DNA of 64,000 nt from Salinivirgaceae bacterium (GTDB taxonomy: Bacteria > Bacteroidota > Bacteroidia > Bacteroidales > SZUA-534). The stretch spans positions 59,673 through 123,672 of the forward strand of contig JAGCNL010000076.1 of the NCBI GenBank assembly GCA_017645945.1, given 5' to 3'. Numbering within the stretch: position 1 is the first letter of the stretch; each line of letters starts with the position of its first letter. Below, in pieces: positions 20,636-31,009 of this stretch. Made by a program: the position numbers and the translations under genes. The notes under the pieces are model-generated. The model had not been told where the DNA came from and made no database searches. It was given only the letters and a program-made list of their open reading frames with translations.

Positions 20636-22465
20636 TTAATTCCATCCGTCGTTCTGCAACAGATTCGACCATTTTAAAATTTCAGACTCCGGAAGCGGAC
20701 CAAAATACATATAATCATTGTAAGCACGGGTTTCGTTTGCCACAGGAATCGGAGTATAGGTTTTCTTACCGCCAACAGTCTTGATTTGCATGGCCATAAC
20801 AGTCTCGTTCAAATCAAGTTTCCAACGGCGCAAATCCCAGAAACGGTGACCTTCGAAGCAAAGCTCGATGCGGCGCTCGTTGCGGATGAGCTCACGCATT
20901 TTGTCTTTATCGCCTTTGACTTTCTCAAGGTACTCATCGTTAACTATACCACCACGCTGGCGGATAGCCTTGATAACATCGTATGCGCTGTAGCCCGAAG
21001 GAGAAGCCGTGGTTGGGCCATACTCTTCATTGGCAGCCTCAGCAAATGCCAGATACAACTCTGTATAACGGATACGGGCATTATACTTGTCCTTACCACT
21101 CATACCTTTCTGACCACCGCGGCGCTCAGGTTCGGCCTTCTCATTTATGTACTTGCGCACATAATAGCCGGTGCGGTTTGGTGCAGATGTCGAAATATCC
21201 AATCCATCGTTGTTGCTCGGACTATCAATAGTTGTGTTGATTGTCTCGCCGTAAGGGCCGAATACCGAGCCATCGTGCACAATGTACAAATCGAGACGCG
21301 GATCGCGGTTTGCATACGGATCCTGGTCGTTATAGCCGCTGCCCGACTCCTTGATCGGATAGCCGTTGGCCATCGGGAATGCATCTACAAGGTTCTGAGT
21401 AGGATTAACCCTGGCTTTTCCACTACCATACTGTGAAGGTGGATAAAGTTCGCTCTCCCAGTTTGCACTGTGGTTAATGTTCTCTCTCCAGATAATTTCA
21501 TCCGGATTGCCACGGTTTTTGAAACGCTCAATCTCTTTGGCATTGGTGTACCAAGTAGCACCAGTTTCTGACAGACCTGCCACACCACCATTACCGTCAA
21601 GCACTTTTGCGGCACGCTCAGCAGCCATTTTCCACGTAACACCCGATTGGTCGCTGTATGCAGGGCTTGCTGCATACAAAGCAACCTGTGCTGCCAATGC
21701 CTCAACAATACGTCCCGAAATGCGGCCAACTTTCTCATCACCAAACACATCGTTATACTGGCTCGGATTAGTCACACCCATTTGAACATATTTGGCATAC
21801 TTATCCGTTTTCAAGTCGCTGGCCGAAATGTTACCATAATCGTATGGCAACAGTTCAAGAGCCTTGTCGAAATCACTCAATATTTGCGCAACACACTCGG
21901 CAAAAGTTGCGCGGGTGATATTTGCGTTAAAATCGTCAGTCGGTTTCTCTGACTTTGTCAGGTTAGGAACACCCATCAACTGGCCATTGACCATTCCTGC
22001 GTATGCTCTCAAGAAGTAGAACAGTTGGAATCCGCGCAAAGCGTGTGCCTCACCAGTCAGGAACTCCTTACACATTGCATTGACGGCTTCATCCTTGTTG
22101 AAATAAAAGCCATCAACACCCTCAAGGAACTGATTCACATAATGAATATTAGTACGTGCTGCACTCCAACGGTCGAACGGGTTGTTGTTACCCTTGGCCG
22201 ACCAGCTTCCGTTAGCCATCTTCCAGTAACCGCTGTTGTAATCGTTGGTCACAGCATCGTCAGTTGCAACATCAGACATTGAGGCCACATTGGTAACATA
22301 CGGCATATTGTTGTAGCCGTTAAGCATCAATCCCTGAGCATTCTCAGGTTTCGACATAAAAGTGTCGAAGTCCATTTGGTTCTCGATCATTGGCTCAAAA
22401 ACATCATCGCAGGCGATGAATGTTGGTACAAGAACCATCAAACTTATTATGCTCTTTATTTTCAT
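20636..22465 (-). CDS. susD: SusD/RagB family lipoprotein (B2)
   Basis: Lipobox FIAC; GEAHALRG; NRDPRL; IRNERRIELCFEGHRFWDLRRWK; QNDGWN. Paralog of A2. Confidence 0.95.
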   Translation of the reverse strand: MKIKSIISLMVLVPTFIACDDVFEPMIENQMDFDTFMSKPENAQGLMLNGYNNMPYVTNVASMSDVATDDAVTNDYNSGYWKMANGSWSAKGNNNPFDRWSAARTNIHYVNQFLEGVDGFYFNKDEAVNAMCKEFLTGEAHALRGFQLFYFLRAYAGMVNGQLMGVPNLTKSEKPTDDFNANITRATFAECVAQILSDFDKALELLPYDYGNISASDLKTDKYAKYVQMGVTNPSQYNDVFGDEKVGRISGRIVEALAAQVALYAASPAYSDQSGVTWKMAAERAAKVLDGNGGVAGLSETGATWYTNAKEIERFKNRGNPDEIIWRENINHSANWESELYPPSQYGSGKARVNPTQNLVDAFPMANGYPIKESGSGYNDQDPYANRDPRLDLYIVHDGSVFGPYGETINTTIDSPSNNDGLDISTSAPNRTGYYVRKYINEKAEPERRGGQKGMSGKDKYNARIRYTELYLAFAEAANEEYGPTTASPSGYSAYDVIKAIRQRGGIVNDEYLEKVKGDKDKMRELIRNERRIELCFEGHRFWDLRRWKLDLNETVMAMQIKTVGGKKTYTPIPVANETRAYNDYMYFGPLPESEILKWSNLLQNDGWN

Positions 22466-22490
22466 ATCTAATCAAATTTTTAATCAAACA

Positions 22491-25400
22491 TTAAAAAGTA
22501 GCCTTAACACCGATGTTGAAGAAACGAGTCTTGGGGGTATCACCAATAACTGTTTCCAAAACATCGCGCTCCTTCGATATTGTAAGCAGATCTTTTCCGC
22601 TAACAAAAGCTGACATTCCTTTAACGAAGCTGTCACCGAACATCTCCTGCGGGAAATCGTAAGTGATTTGCACCTTGCTCAGGTAGAAGGCATTCTTTTT
22701 GTACATCCAGAAATCTGAAGTAACATAATTGTTTGCTGCCGAACCTGACGACAATGCCGGGTATTTGGCATTCGGATTATCCTCTGTCCAGGTATCCTTT
22801 GCAATTACAGAATATTTGTCGTTATTCTTCAGCTGATAGTAAGCATTGTTCTTCTGGCCATTTGCGCCGTACTTGCCTGTACCTAAAGCATAGAATGTGA
22901 AATTCTTGTATTTAACTGTAAGGTTAACACCCATTACGAATGGTGCTCCAAAACGGCCATCCTTGCCCAAATAAACCTGGTCGTCCTCATCAAGCATACC
23001 ATTTCCTGCACCGTCTTCGCTCAAATCTTGATATTTAATGTCACCTGCGCGGACTTTACCTCCGACTTTGACAGTTTTGCTGTCGTTAGCCTCTGCGGCT
23101 TCATCGGCAGTGTAATATCCTGCGTTCTTGTAACCGAATATAGCGTCGATTGGGCGTCCCTCTCTGTCGCGTTGCGGCTGTAATTCAACATCCAAGTCTG
23201 TTTGCTCTCTCTTAATCACCTTTGTGTCATAGTAGGTTCCAACCAATCCGACAGAAATATCGAAATCAGAAACCTGCTTGTTTACATTCAAAGCGAAGTC
23301 AAATCCCTGACGTCCGTTGATGTCGTTGTTCAATGGGGCAGTAAAACCATCCATGTGGCTCGGCCACATTCTTGTTTTGGTAATCAGATAACCATCCATA
23401 TTGTTCTTGAAGTATGTGAACTCCGCTTTTACAAGACCATCCATCAACGATGTTCTAAGGGTAGCCGACAACTCTTTACGCTTAATCATCTCAATATTTT
23501 CGTTTTCAGCACCAGTTGCCTTCGACATATCACCACTTCTTGAGTCACCCCAGCCATAATTTCCACTATTACCCCAGGTGCCTAAATACAGAAAGTATTC
23601 AGCTTTAACTGTACCGTTATCGTTCTTGGTGTAAAGATCCCAATCCTCATTCAGGATGCTGGCAGAAGCCGAAATAGTGAGGTCGTCAAAAATCGAGCCA
23701 TCGAGGAACGATTCTTTAGCAAGATTCCATCCCAAAGTCACCGAAGGCGACAGAGCGTTGCGGTGTCCCGGAGCCAACTTAGCCGAGTGGGCAACTGCTG
23801 CTGCAACTGTTGCATAGTAGCGATGGGCGAAATTATAGCTGACATCAAAACCGAGATTGGCATTAGTTCTATTATGGTAGGTTCCTGAAATTGTCTGCTG
23901 GAAACCATTGCCCAATGCAAGCACTGACACATTGTGGTCATCGAAGCTGTGGTTGTAGTCGAATTGGAACGACAAAGCCAAGGTGCGGTCGTCGTGAGTG
24001 TCATACAAACTCTTCTGACCGTTATCCTCATCAGCGCCAATCTGAGTCAGACCGATAATCTTCTCATCGTCTGACCATTTTGGGAAATAGACAGCATATT
24101 TCGGATTGAAACGAGTGTTGTACGATGTTTTGAAATCCATACCGAAATTAGTCTTCAACCACAGACCGTCCAACACCTTACTAAGATTGAAATCAAGACC
24201 ACCGTCAAACTGGAACTGACGGGCAGTGTAAACGAGCTCGCCACCTGCATAAATCTGCCCCATAGGGGTTCTTTTATTAGTACCATCATCGTTGGTGCCT
24301 TTAAAAGAATAGTCAGACTTACCAGCCAGGAAATAACCATCGTAAATATTGTTCGATGTCTTAATCAATTCAAGAGCTTCTTCGTCTTCTATCAAACTAA
24401 CTGGAACTAACTGAGCTGTTTCGTTCGGGAAGTTCGGACGCTCGGTCGAAGCCATATTCCAATATGTCATGTTGTCGCTCGGACTGGCGCTGTATTGCCT
24501 GTGCCTTGCATCAGAGAATGTAGCGTTGGCGTCAACGTGGCCGCTGATATAATCATTGAAGTTTATATCGACATTACCACGGAAACTGATTCTGTTAGTG
24601 CGATTCTCCTTTGCATCGGCAACAGTGACAAAATCGCCCTCAGTCTGAGCATTGATGTTTCCGTAAAGACGGGCTCTTTTGTTTCCGCCTGACAATTCGA
24701 GGACAACCTCCTCATTGCTTCTTGTCTTCTTAATATAATCTGACGAGAAGTAGTCGATGTCAGGATAATGGTAAGGATTCACGCCGCTTGCGGTCTTATC
24801 TATAAGCTCGTCGCTATACGTGATTGTCTTACCATCGTTCAAACGTGCCATGTTGTAATATGTCATGTAGTCGGCGGCATTGAGGTATTCCGGCAACCGC
24901 TTGATGACATCCAAACCGGCATTCACATTCACATCAATTTTCAGCTTTTCACGGCTTTGCCCACGCTTGGTAGTAATCAGAATGGCACCTTTGGCGCCGC
25001 GGCTTCCGTAAAGAACCAGAGCGTTTGCACCTTTTATAAAGGTGATTTGGGCAATTTCAGTAGGCTTAACATTGGCAATGTCACGAGGAATACCGTCGAT
25101 AAGCACCAGGTAACCGCGGTTATTATCAGCATCCATACCCCAGAGCGAAGTTCCGTTCCAGCCATTGGCCAATGCCTCCATATTATCCAGACCTCCATGG
25201 GTGTAGTTGGTTTTGAGCATTTCCTCGACATTAACTACAGAAACGCCACCCAACAAGTCGTTTTGTGCCACGCTGCGGAATGCCGTTTTGACCATATAGA
25301 CAGAATCCTGCACTTCATCTGTCTCAGTCTGGGCACTCAAGGCGAATGGCGCAACGGCCATTGCGGCACTCAAGACTAATATATTATGTTTATGTTTCAT
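22491..25400 (-). CDS. susC: SusC/RagA TonB-dependent transporter (B2; short N-terminus)
   Basis: LVLIDGIPR, KGANALVLYGSRGAKGAILITTKRG; C-terminal FNIGVKATF. Paralog of A2. Confidence 0.93.
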   Translation of the reverse strand: MKHKHNILVLSAAMAVAPFALSAQTETDEVQDSVYMVKTAFRSVAQNDLLGGVSVVNVEEMLKTNYTHGGLDNMEALANGWNGTSLWGMDADNNRGYLVLIDGIPRDIANVKPTEIAQITFIKGANALVLYGSRGAKGAILITTKRGQSREKLKIDVNVNAGLDVIKRLPEYLNAADYMTYYNMARLNDGKTITYSDELIDKTASGVNPYHYPDIDYFSSDYIKKTRSNEEVVLELSGGNKRARLYGNINAQTEGDFVTVADAKENRTNRISFRGNVDINFNDYISGHVDANATFSDARHRQYSASPSDNMTYWNMASTERPNFPNETAQLVPVSLIEDEEALELIKTSNNIYDGYFLAGKSDYSFKGTNDDGTNKRTPMGQIYAGGELVYTARQFQFDGGLDFNLSKVLDGLWLKTNFGMDFKTSYNTRFNPKYAVYFPKWSDDEKIIGLTQIGADEDNGQKSLYDTHDDRTLALSFQFDYNHSFDDHNVSVLALGNGFQQTISGTYHNRTNANLGFDVSYNFAHRYYATVAAAVAHSAKLAPGHRNALSPSVTLGWNLAKESFLDGSIFDDLTISASASILNEDWDLYTKNDNGTVKAEYFLYLGTWGNSGNYGWGDSRSGDMSKATGAENENIEMIKRKELSATLRTSLMDGLVKAEFTYFKNNMDGYLITKTRMWPSHMDGFTAPLNNDINGRQGFDFALNVNKQVSDFDISVGLVGTYYDTKVIKREQTDLDVELQPQRDREGRPIDAIFGYKNAGYYTADEAAEANDSKTVKVGGKVRAGDIKYQDLSEDGAGNGMLDEDDQVYLGKDGRFGAPFVMGVNLTVKYKNFTFYALGTGKYGANGQKNNAYYQLKNNDKYSVIAKDTWTEDNPNAKYPALSSGSAANNYVTSDFWMYKKNAFYLSKVQITYDFPQEMFGDSFVKGMSAFVSGKDLLTISKERDVLETVIGDTPKTRFFNIGVKATF

Positions 25401-25436
25401 TTTTATTCGTTTAATAATTCAACAATCGACCAATCA

Positions 25437-27452
25437 TTACCATCCCGGATTCTGAGCAAATCCTTCATACAGATATACATCGTTATCAGGGAATGGGAAC
25501 CAATAGTGTTTCGTTCCGAAATTACGTGTAATTATCGGCTTCAGATGATATCCGTTAACTTTTGCGTCTTTTGGGTCCTCGCCATTCTGGAATTTATAGA
25601 AATCGTCAGACTCGCCACGGGTGAACTCAACCGAGTACTTGGTGTTGTAAGGATACTCGGTCAGGAGCAGCCAGCGCTGCAAATCGTTGAAGCGGAAACC
25701 TTCAAACGACAGCTCAACAGCACGCTCGCGACGAATCTCATCCATGAACAGCTTATTGTCAGTAATATATTTTGCATTTGCATTTGAACCTCTACCACCT
25801 ACAGGTCCGCAGTGGCAACGCTCACGAACAACGTTGACTGCATCAACAGCTGTCTTGTCGAACGATTTTGCCTTTTGAGTTGCTCCGCCAATAGCTGCGC
25901 AAGCTTCGGCATACATCAGATAGACATCGGCCAAACGCATATACGAAATATACACGTGCATACCGTCGCCCCACTTATCGGCATAATCCTTGTCAACCTC
26001 GTTGCAAGTGTGCGGCACGAGTTTCTGGATAAAGTAACCAGTCTGGCTGCCATCGGCCACCGGACGCATATTGCCGCCAGTGAACAACTCGCAGTAAACA
26101 TATGGCTGCTGGTTCTTCGGAGCTGAACCGTTCAGATATTTGAAACCATCGAAAACAATGTCGTGATAGAAACGCGGATCGCGGTCTTTCCATGGGTGAG
26201 TCGGGTCGAAACCATTGGCGTAATTGCCGTTCTCATCCTTAATTGGCAGTCCGTTTGCCATACCGTACATTTCAACCAAGTTTGCTGTTGGCTGGTGAAT
26301 AATCTTATCGTGAGCCACCAAACCTGCCATTTTAGGACCGAACACTTTCGCTGTTGCCCAGTTCGAACTGTTGTCCGACGAGTTAGACGGACCACGCCAG
26401 ATGGCTTCGTTTCCACCAGGGTTTTTCAGCTTCTTGTTAAGTGTGTAGAACAAATCAGAATAGCACCACAAATCATCGTATCCAGGAGTGATTTCGTCAC
26501 TCATCACGTGATTATAGATGTCTGAGTAGTCGAAGTTTGCTAGTTTGTATTGCTCATTGGCTTTTGTCTCAATCAGATTAAGAGCCAAACCTAAAGTCTC
26601 AGCTGCAGAATCGCAAAGAGCCTTGTTGTAGTCGTATGTCAGACCACTGCTCAAAGCACCAATTTGAGCGCCGTGCTCCATCAACGGACTGGCTGCCCAC
26701 AGTTGGCATTTGCCTTTGTAGCACAAAGCTGTAATCTTATTGGCACGCAACTGGTTTTTCTCATCCTGGCCTTTAACTGATGTGCTGTCCCAGCATATAG
26801 GAAGCAACTCTGCAGCCTTTCTGAAGTCCTCAGCACAACGTGCGGCGCATTCCTGGAACGACAATCTCGGCAATTCAGGAATATTGTTGGCATCCAAAAC
26901 CGCATCAATATAAGGCAGACCGCCAAACCATTCCATCAATTCGAAATGCCACCAAGCACGATAGAAATAGCACTGGCCCAAAATACGGTTCTTCTCCTCA
27001 TCGGTACCAATCATTTCGTCGATATGCTCCAAACCCATATTGGCCTTGCGGATGCAATACCAGGCATGTCCCCACAACGAATGGTTCTTAGGCTGATTAA
27101 TTCCGCTTGGATTGTTGCTTGAGGTTAAAAGCCAGTTTCCGAGGTCGGAAGTCGGCTGATACCATTTTCTGAAGTTACCAAGGTCAATCTGGTGTGTCAG
27201 ACGGTCATCGCCCTGTGGGTTGAACACCTCGTCGTCGCCCCAGTTCCACGAAGGACACCAGCTGCACTTCTCCTTGTCGGGGATGCAGTTAATAATCTCC
27301 TCAACAAATCCCTGGTAGTTTTCGAAGTTTTTAAATGCGTCACTACCCGACACTGTGGTATTCGGCTCTCTGTCAAGATAGTCTTCGCACGACATCAGCG
27401 ATGCGCACAAGACGAAACCGAACAACCCTGCTATATATAATGTCTTTTTCAT
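25437..27452 (-). CDS. susD: SusD/RagB family lipoprotein (B1)
   Basis: Lipobox LMSC; CIPDKEKC.WCPSWNWGDDE shared with A1; RRERAVELSFEGFRFNDLQRW; QNPGW. Confidence 0.95.
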   Translation of the reverse strand: MKKTLYIAGLFGFVLCASLMSCEDYLDREPNTTVSGSDAFKNFENYQGFVEEIINCIPDKEKCSWCPSWNWGDDEVFNPQGDDRLTHQIDLGNFRKWYQPTSDLGNWLLTSSNNPSGINQPKNHSLWGHAWYCIRKANMGLEHIDEMIGTDEEKNRILGQCYFYRAWWHFELMEWFGGLPYIDAVLDANNIPELPRLSFQECAARCAEDFRKAAELLPICWDSTSVKGQDEKNQLRANKITALCYKGKCQLWAASPLMEHGAQIGALSSGLTYDYNKALCDSAAETLGLALNLIETKANEQYKLANFDYSDIYNHVMSDEITPGYDDLWCYSDLFYTLNKKLKNPGGNEAIWRGPSNSSDNSSNWATAKVFGPKMAGLVAHDKIIHQPTANLVEMYGMANGLPIKDENGNYANGFDPTHPWKDRDPRFYHDIVFDGFKYLNGSAPKNQQPYVYCELFTGGNMRPVADGSQTGYFIQKLVPHTCNEVDKDYADKWGDGMHVYISYMRLADVYLMYAEACAAIGGATQKAKSFDKTAVDAVNVVRERCHCGPVGGRGSNANAKYITDNKLFMDEIRRERAVELSFEGFRFNDLQRWLLLTEYPYNTKYSVEFTRGESDDFYKFQNGEDPKDAKVNGYHLKPIITRNFGTKHYWFPFPDNDVYLYEGFAQNPGW

Positions 27453-27463
27453 CTGTTTAAGTT

Positions 27464-30400
27464 TTAGAATGTTACATTAATACCCAAATTGAAACGTTTA
27501 ACAGTTGGGTAAGCTCCCAAATAACCTCCGTTACCTGTGTTTGCCTCACGGTCGTCAGGCATTTTGGTCCATAACCACAAGTTGTTGCCATTGACAAAAA
27601 CCTTCAAGTATTTAAGGCCAATATTCTTAATCCATTGTCCTTCACGCCAAGAGTATGCTAATTCAACATTCTTCAGACGGAGATATGAACCGTCGAACAA
27701 ATATTGCGTACCATATTCGGAGAATTGCTCACCATTCTTACTTGTAGGTGCTGTACTCCAACGATACGGAGTAACATCGGCATTCGGGTTGTCTTTTGTC
27801 CAGAGATCGCCCATATCATAAACTGCATTCAGTTTCATACCAAAGCTCTGGAGCACAACGTCGCGTGTAACATTGCGAACGCCATAGAACTGAGCAAAAC
27901 AGCTGAAGCCTTTCCAGTAAAACTGCAAAAGTGCGTTGTAAGTGTTCTGCGGTGTGCTGGTGAATCCGTAAGGAGCGTTATCCTTGCTGTCGATAACACC
28001 ATCACCGTTGAAGTCGATAATATAGTAGCTGCCTGGCAGACGATAGCCATCGTTAGCCTCAAATGCCGGACTACCATACAACTCATCGATATTATTGATG
28101 AATCCTGCATCGACATACGTGCGATACTGACCAATTGAATAGCCCTCTTTCTTCTGATAATCAGGCATCAGTTTCGGGTCATCACGGTCAATAATCTCAT
28201 TCTCATTGTGAGTTATGCTGAAGTGACCTTGCACGCGCATATCACGGTTAATCTGCTTGTTGACACGAAGTTCAATCTCGTAACCTTTTGCTTTAACCTC
28301 ACCCATATTGGTTACAGGAACATCAAAGCCGAAATAAGAAGGAATGGCGCGGTCGCCACCATTAATCAATATATCGTAACGCTTGTCGCGGAAGATTTCG
28401 ATATTACCAGCCATCAAACCTTGGAACAACGAGTAGTCGATACCGAAGTTGAACTTTTGAACTGTCTCCCAGTGCACATCAGGGTTACCCAGTTTACTCT
28501 GACGGTATTGTACATATGTACTTTCCTGACCATTATCAACTGTTGTGCTGGCCTTGCCGCCATAACTCCACTCATCCATATAGAGGTAAGAACCTGCATT
28601 GTCACTACCAACCCAACCCAATGATGCGCGGAATTTCAACATATCAATATAGTGTTCTTCTTTCAAGAACGACATAAACTGTTCCTCTGAAATCATCCAG
28701 CCGATAGCACCTGAGTTGAACAATGCAAATCGGTTTTTAGCAGCAAATTTCTCAGAACCGTTGTAAGAGCCGTTGTACTCAAAGAAATAGCGGCGTGCAT
28801 AGTTATAAGTTGAACGGAACGCCCAGTCCTCACGATACGATGGAATGCCACTTCCAAATAATGATTTCCTGCGTTGGAACATACCCATTGCGGTAATGCT
28901 ATGCGCATCGAAATCGCCCTTCCAGTCTACCCGTGTCTGATAGTTCAAACTACGGTTAACACTACCCATTGTACCATTCGATGTGCCCCAACCTGGCAAC
29001 ACTACATGGTCGAAACCAGACACCTTGTTTATGGTTTGTGAGTATGAAGCCTGACCAGTTACCGGGTCAATCCACTTTTCCTGAGCACCGCTACCACCAT
29101 CGTTAACACCGCGGCCTGTCTCCTCGAAAGAGTTATCCATAGCAATATTTCCTCTGATGCTCAAACCTTTCAACAGGAAGTCAAGTTTCTGTTCCAAAGT
29201 AAAGTCGGTTGTGATTGTGTTTGTTGTCTTTTTTCTCACACCAGCCAAAGCGGTTGTTTTGGCTGAGTTACGTGCGTTGTTCTGGTCAGCAGGATAATAG
29301 CCCCACGAACCATCCTCATAATAAGGGACAAACACATCAGGACCAATATTATAGGCACCAGCCCAACGTTGAGCCTCCTCCCATGCGTTACCGGCATTCT
29401 CGTTTGGCGATTTCTTGATAGCAAGCGAACCGGCAATGTTCATTGAAAACATTGTTGTCTTAGTGATGTTAAAGTCCATATTGCTACGTGCGTTGATACG
29501 CTGAAAGCCATAACCTGACTCGTATCCGCGATGGTTATCGAAGATGCGCATAAGGTCGCTCTCGTAAACGTATTCAGCAGAACCATAATATCTTACGATT
29601 TTTGTACCACCACTGACACTCAAGTTTGCTTTATATGAGAGAGCATAGCTTTTGAACAATTCTTCCTGCCAGTCAACGTTAGGATAACGCTCTGACAGCA
29701 AGTTGCCGAATTCATCTCTTGCATTTGGGTCGCTTGGGCGGTATTTCTCAATAGTCTCCTGAGGTGTGATATACTCCCACGACTCTCTGTCAGTAACTGG
29801 CAACTCCATTTCGATTGTCTTGTTACGAGCCACCAAAGCATCGTATGAATCGAGTTTGTTAGGCAGCTTCGACACACGTTTCATAGTTGTTGTGAAACCG
29901 GCATCGATACGGGCCTTGCCTTCCTCACCGCGTTTGGTTGTGATAAGGATAACGCCGTTGGCACCCTCCACACCGTAAACGGCTGTTGCCGAAGCATCTT
30001 TCAAAACAGAGATGCTCTCAACCGAAGTGATGTCGACAGAGTTCATTGAACGCTTAATACCGTCGACCAAAACCAACGGTTCGCTGCCGTTCCATGAACT
30101 TGTACCACGAATGACGATTTTTGCATCTTCCTCACCCGGCTCACCAGTATCCTGAGTGGTGATAACGCCAGGCAGGTTACCGGTCAAGGCCGCACCGATG
30201 TTTGTAACACCAGCGGCACGTTGCAGAGAAGCACCAGTGGTTTGCGCAATTGCACCCACAACCGATTCTTTCTTCTGTTGTCCGTAACCCACAACAACAA
30301 CCTCATCCAAGCCCACTACATCGGGCACTAACGAAATGTTGTAAGGTCCAGCACCTTTTACAGTTACCTCCTCTGTGTTATAACCAATGTAGGTAATAAC

Positions 30401-30622
30401 TAACACATCATTGTCGGCAGCCTGCATGCTGAATGATCCGTCGCCTGCTGTAATTGTACCAATCGTTGTTCCTTTAATTACAACGTTGACACCTGGAACA
30501 GGCATTTGCTCCTCATCCAATATTTTACCCGAAATTTGATGTCTTTGAGCAAAAACACTGAATGACAGCAACATCATTGGCAGCATCGTAACCGCCAATT
30601 TCCATAGTCGATGTTTACTCAT
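27464..30622 (-). CDS. susC: SusC/RagA TonB-dependent transporter (B1)
   Basis: N-terminus nearly identical to A1; plug motif VLKDASATAVYGVEGANGVILITTKRG; ends in FNLGINVTF. Confidence 0.96.
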   Translation of the reverse strand: MSKHRLWKLAVTMLPMMLLSFSVFAQRHQISGKILDEEQMPVPGVNVVIKGTTIGTITAGDGSFSMQAADNDVLVITYIGYNTEEVTVKGAGPYNISLVPDVVGLDEVVVVGYGQQKKESVVGAIAQTTGASLQRAAGVTNIGAALTGNLPGVITTQDTGEPGEEDAKIVIRGTSSWNGSEPLVLVDGIKRSMNSVDITSVESISVLKDASATAVYGVEGANGVILITTKRGEEGKARIDAGFTTTMKRVSKLPNKLDSYDALVARNKTIEMELPVTDRESWEYITPQETIEKYRPSDPNARDEFGNLLSERYPNVDWQEELFKSYALSYKANLSVSGGTKIVRYYGSAEYVYESDLMRIFDNHRGYESGYGFQRINARSNMDFNITKTTMFSMNIAGSLAIKKSPNENAGNAWEEAQRWAGAYNIGPDVFVPYYEDGSWGYYPADQNNARNSAKTTALAGVRKKTTNTITTDFTLEQKLDFLLKGLSIRGNIAMDNSFEETGRGVNDGGSGAQEKWIDPVTGQASYSQTINKVSGFDHVVLPGWGTSNGTMGSVNRSLNYQTRVDWKGDFDAHSITAMGMFQRRKSLFGSGIPSYREDWAFRSTYNYARRYFFEYNGSYNGSEKFAAKNRFALFNSGAIGWMISEEQFMSFLKEEHYIDMLKFRASLGWVGSDNAGSYLYMDEWSYGGKASTTVDNGQESTYVQYRQSKLGNPDVHWETVQKFNFGIDYSLFQGLMAGNIEIFRDKRYDILINGGDRAIPSYFGFDVPVTNMGEVKAKGYEIELRVNKQINRDMRVQGHFSITHNENEIIDRDDPKLMPDYQKKEGYSIGQYRTYVDAGFINNIDELYGSPAFEANDGYRLPGSYYIIDFNGDGVIDSKDNAPYGFTSTPQNTYNALLQFYWKGFSCFAQFYGVRNVTRDVVLQSFGMKLNAVYDMGDLWTKDNPNADVTPYRWSTAPTSKNGEQFSEYGTQYLFDGSYLRLKNVELAYSWREGQWIKNIGLKYLKVFVNGNNLWLWTKMPDDREANTGNGGYLGAYPTVKRFNLGINVTF

Positions 30623-31009
30623 TTTTAAAATGTTTGGTTATTAAATGTTTATAGTCACTTTCAAATCCCATATTGAATTTGTTTTTCCCCATTTCATTAT
30701 TCGCTGGCATTTTTCTCCATCCCCATTCAACCATGTTTTTCTGCGCAAACGATTCCATTTTTACAAAATGAATCGACTTTTTTCACACGTCGTTAATAAA
30801 AATAAAAGTCACCTTTAATTTTATTAATGCGTAAGAATCAATTCAATACATCAAGTTGCTCAAAAAACGTTTGGCTGCCCCACGAATCACCATCGAATGC
30901 CGAAAAATAGATAAATAAATCAAATAAGAAACATTTTGTTCAAAAAAAGATACCTACTGGAGAATGGTACTTTTTAACGTATTCACAAAACGTTTTGGAA
31001 TGGTTTCGC

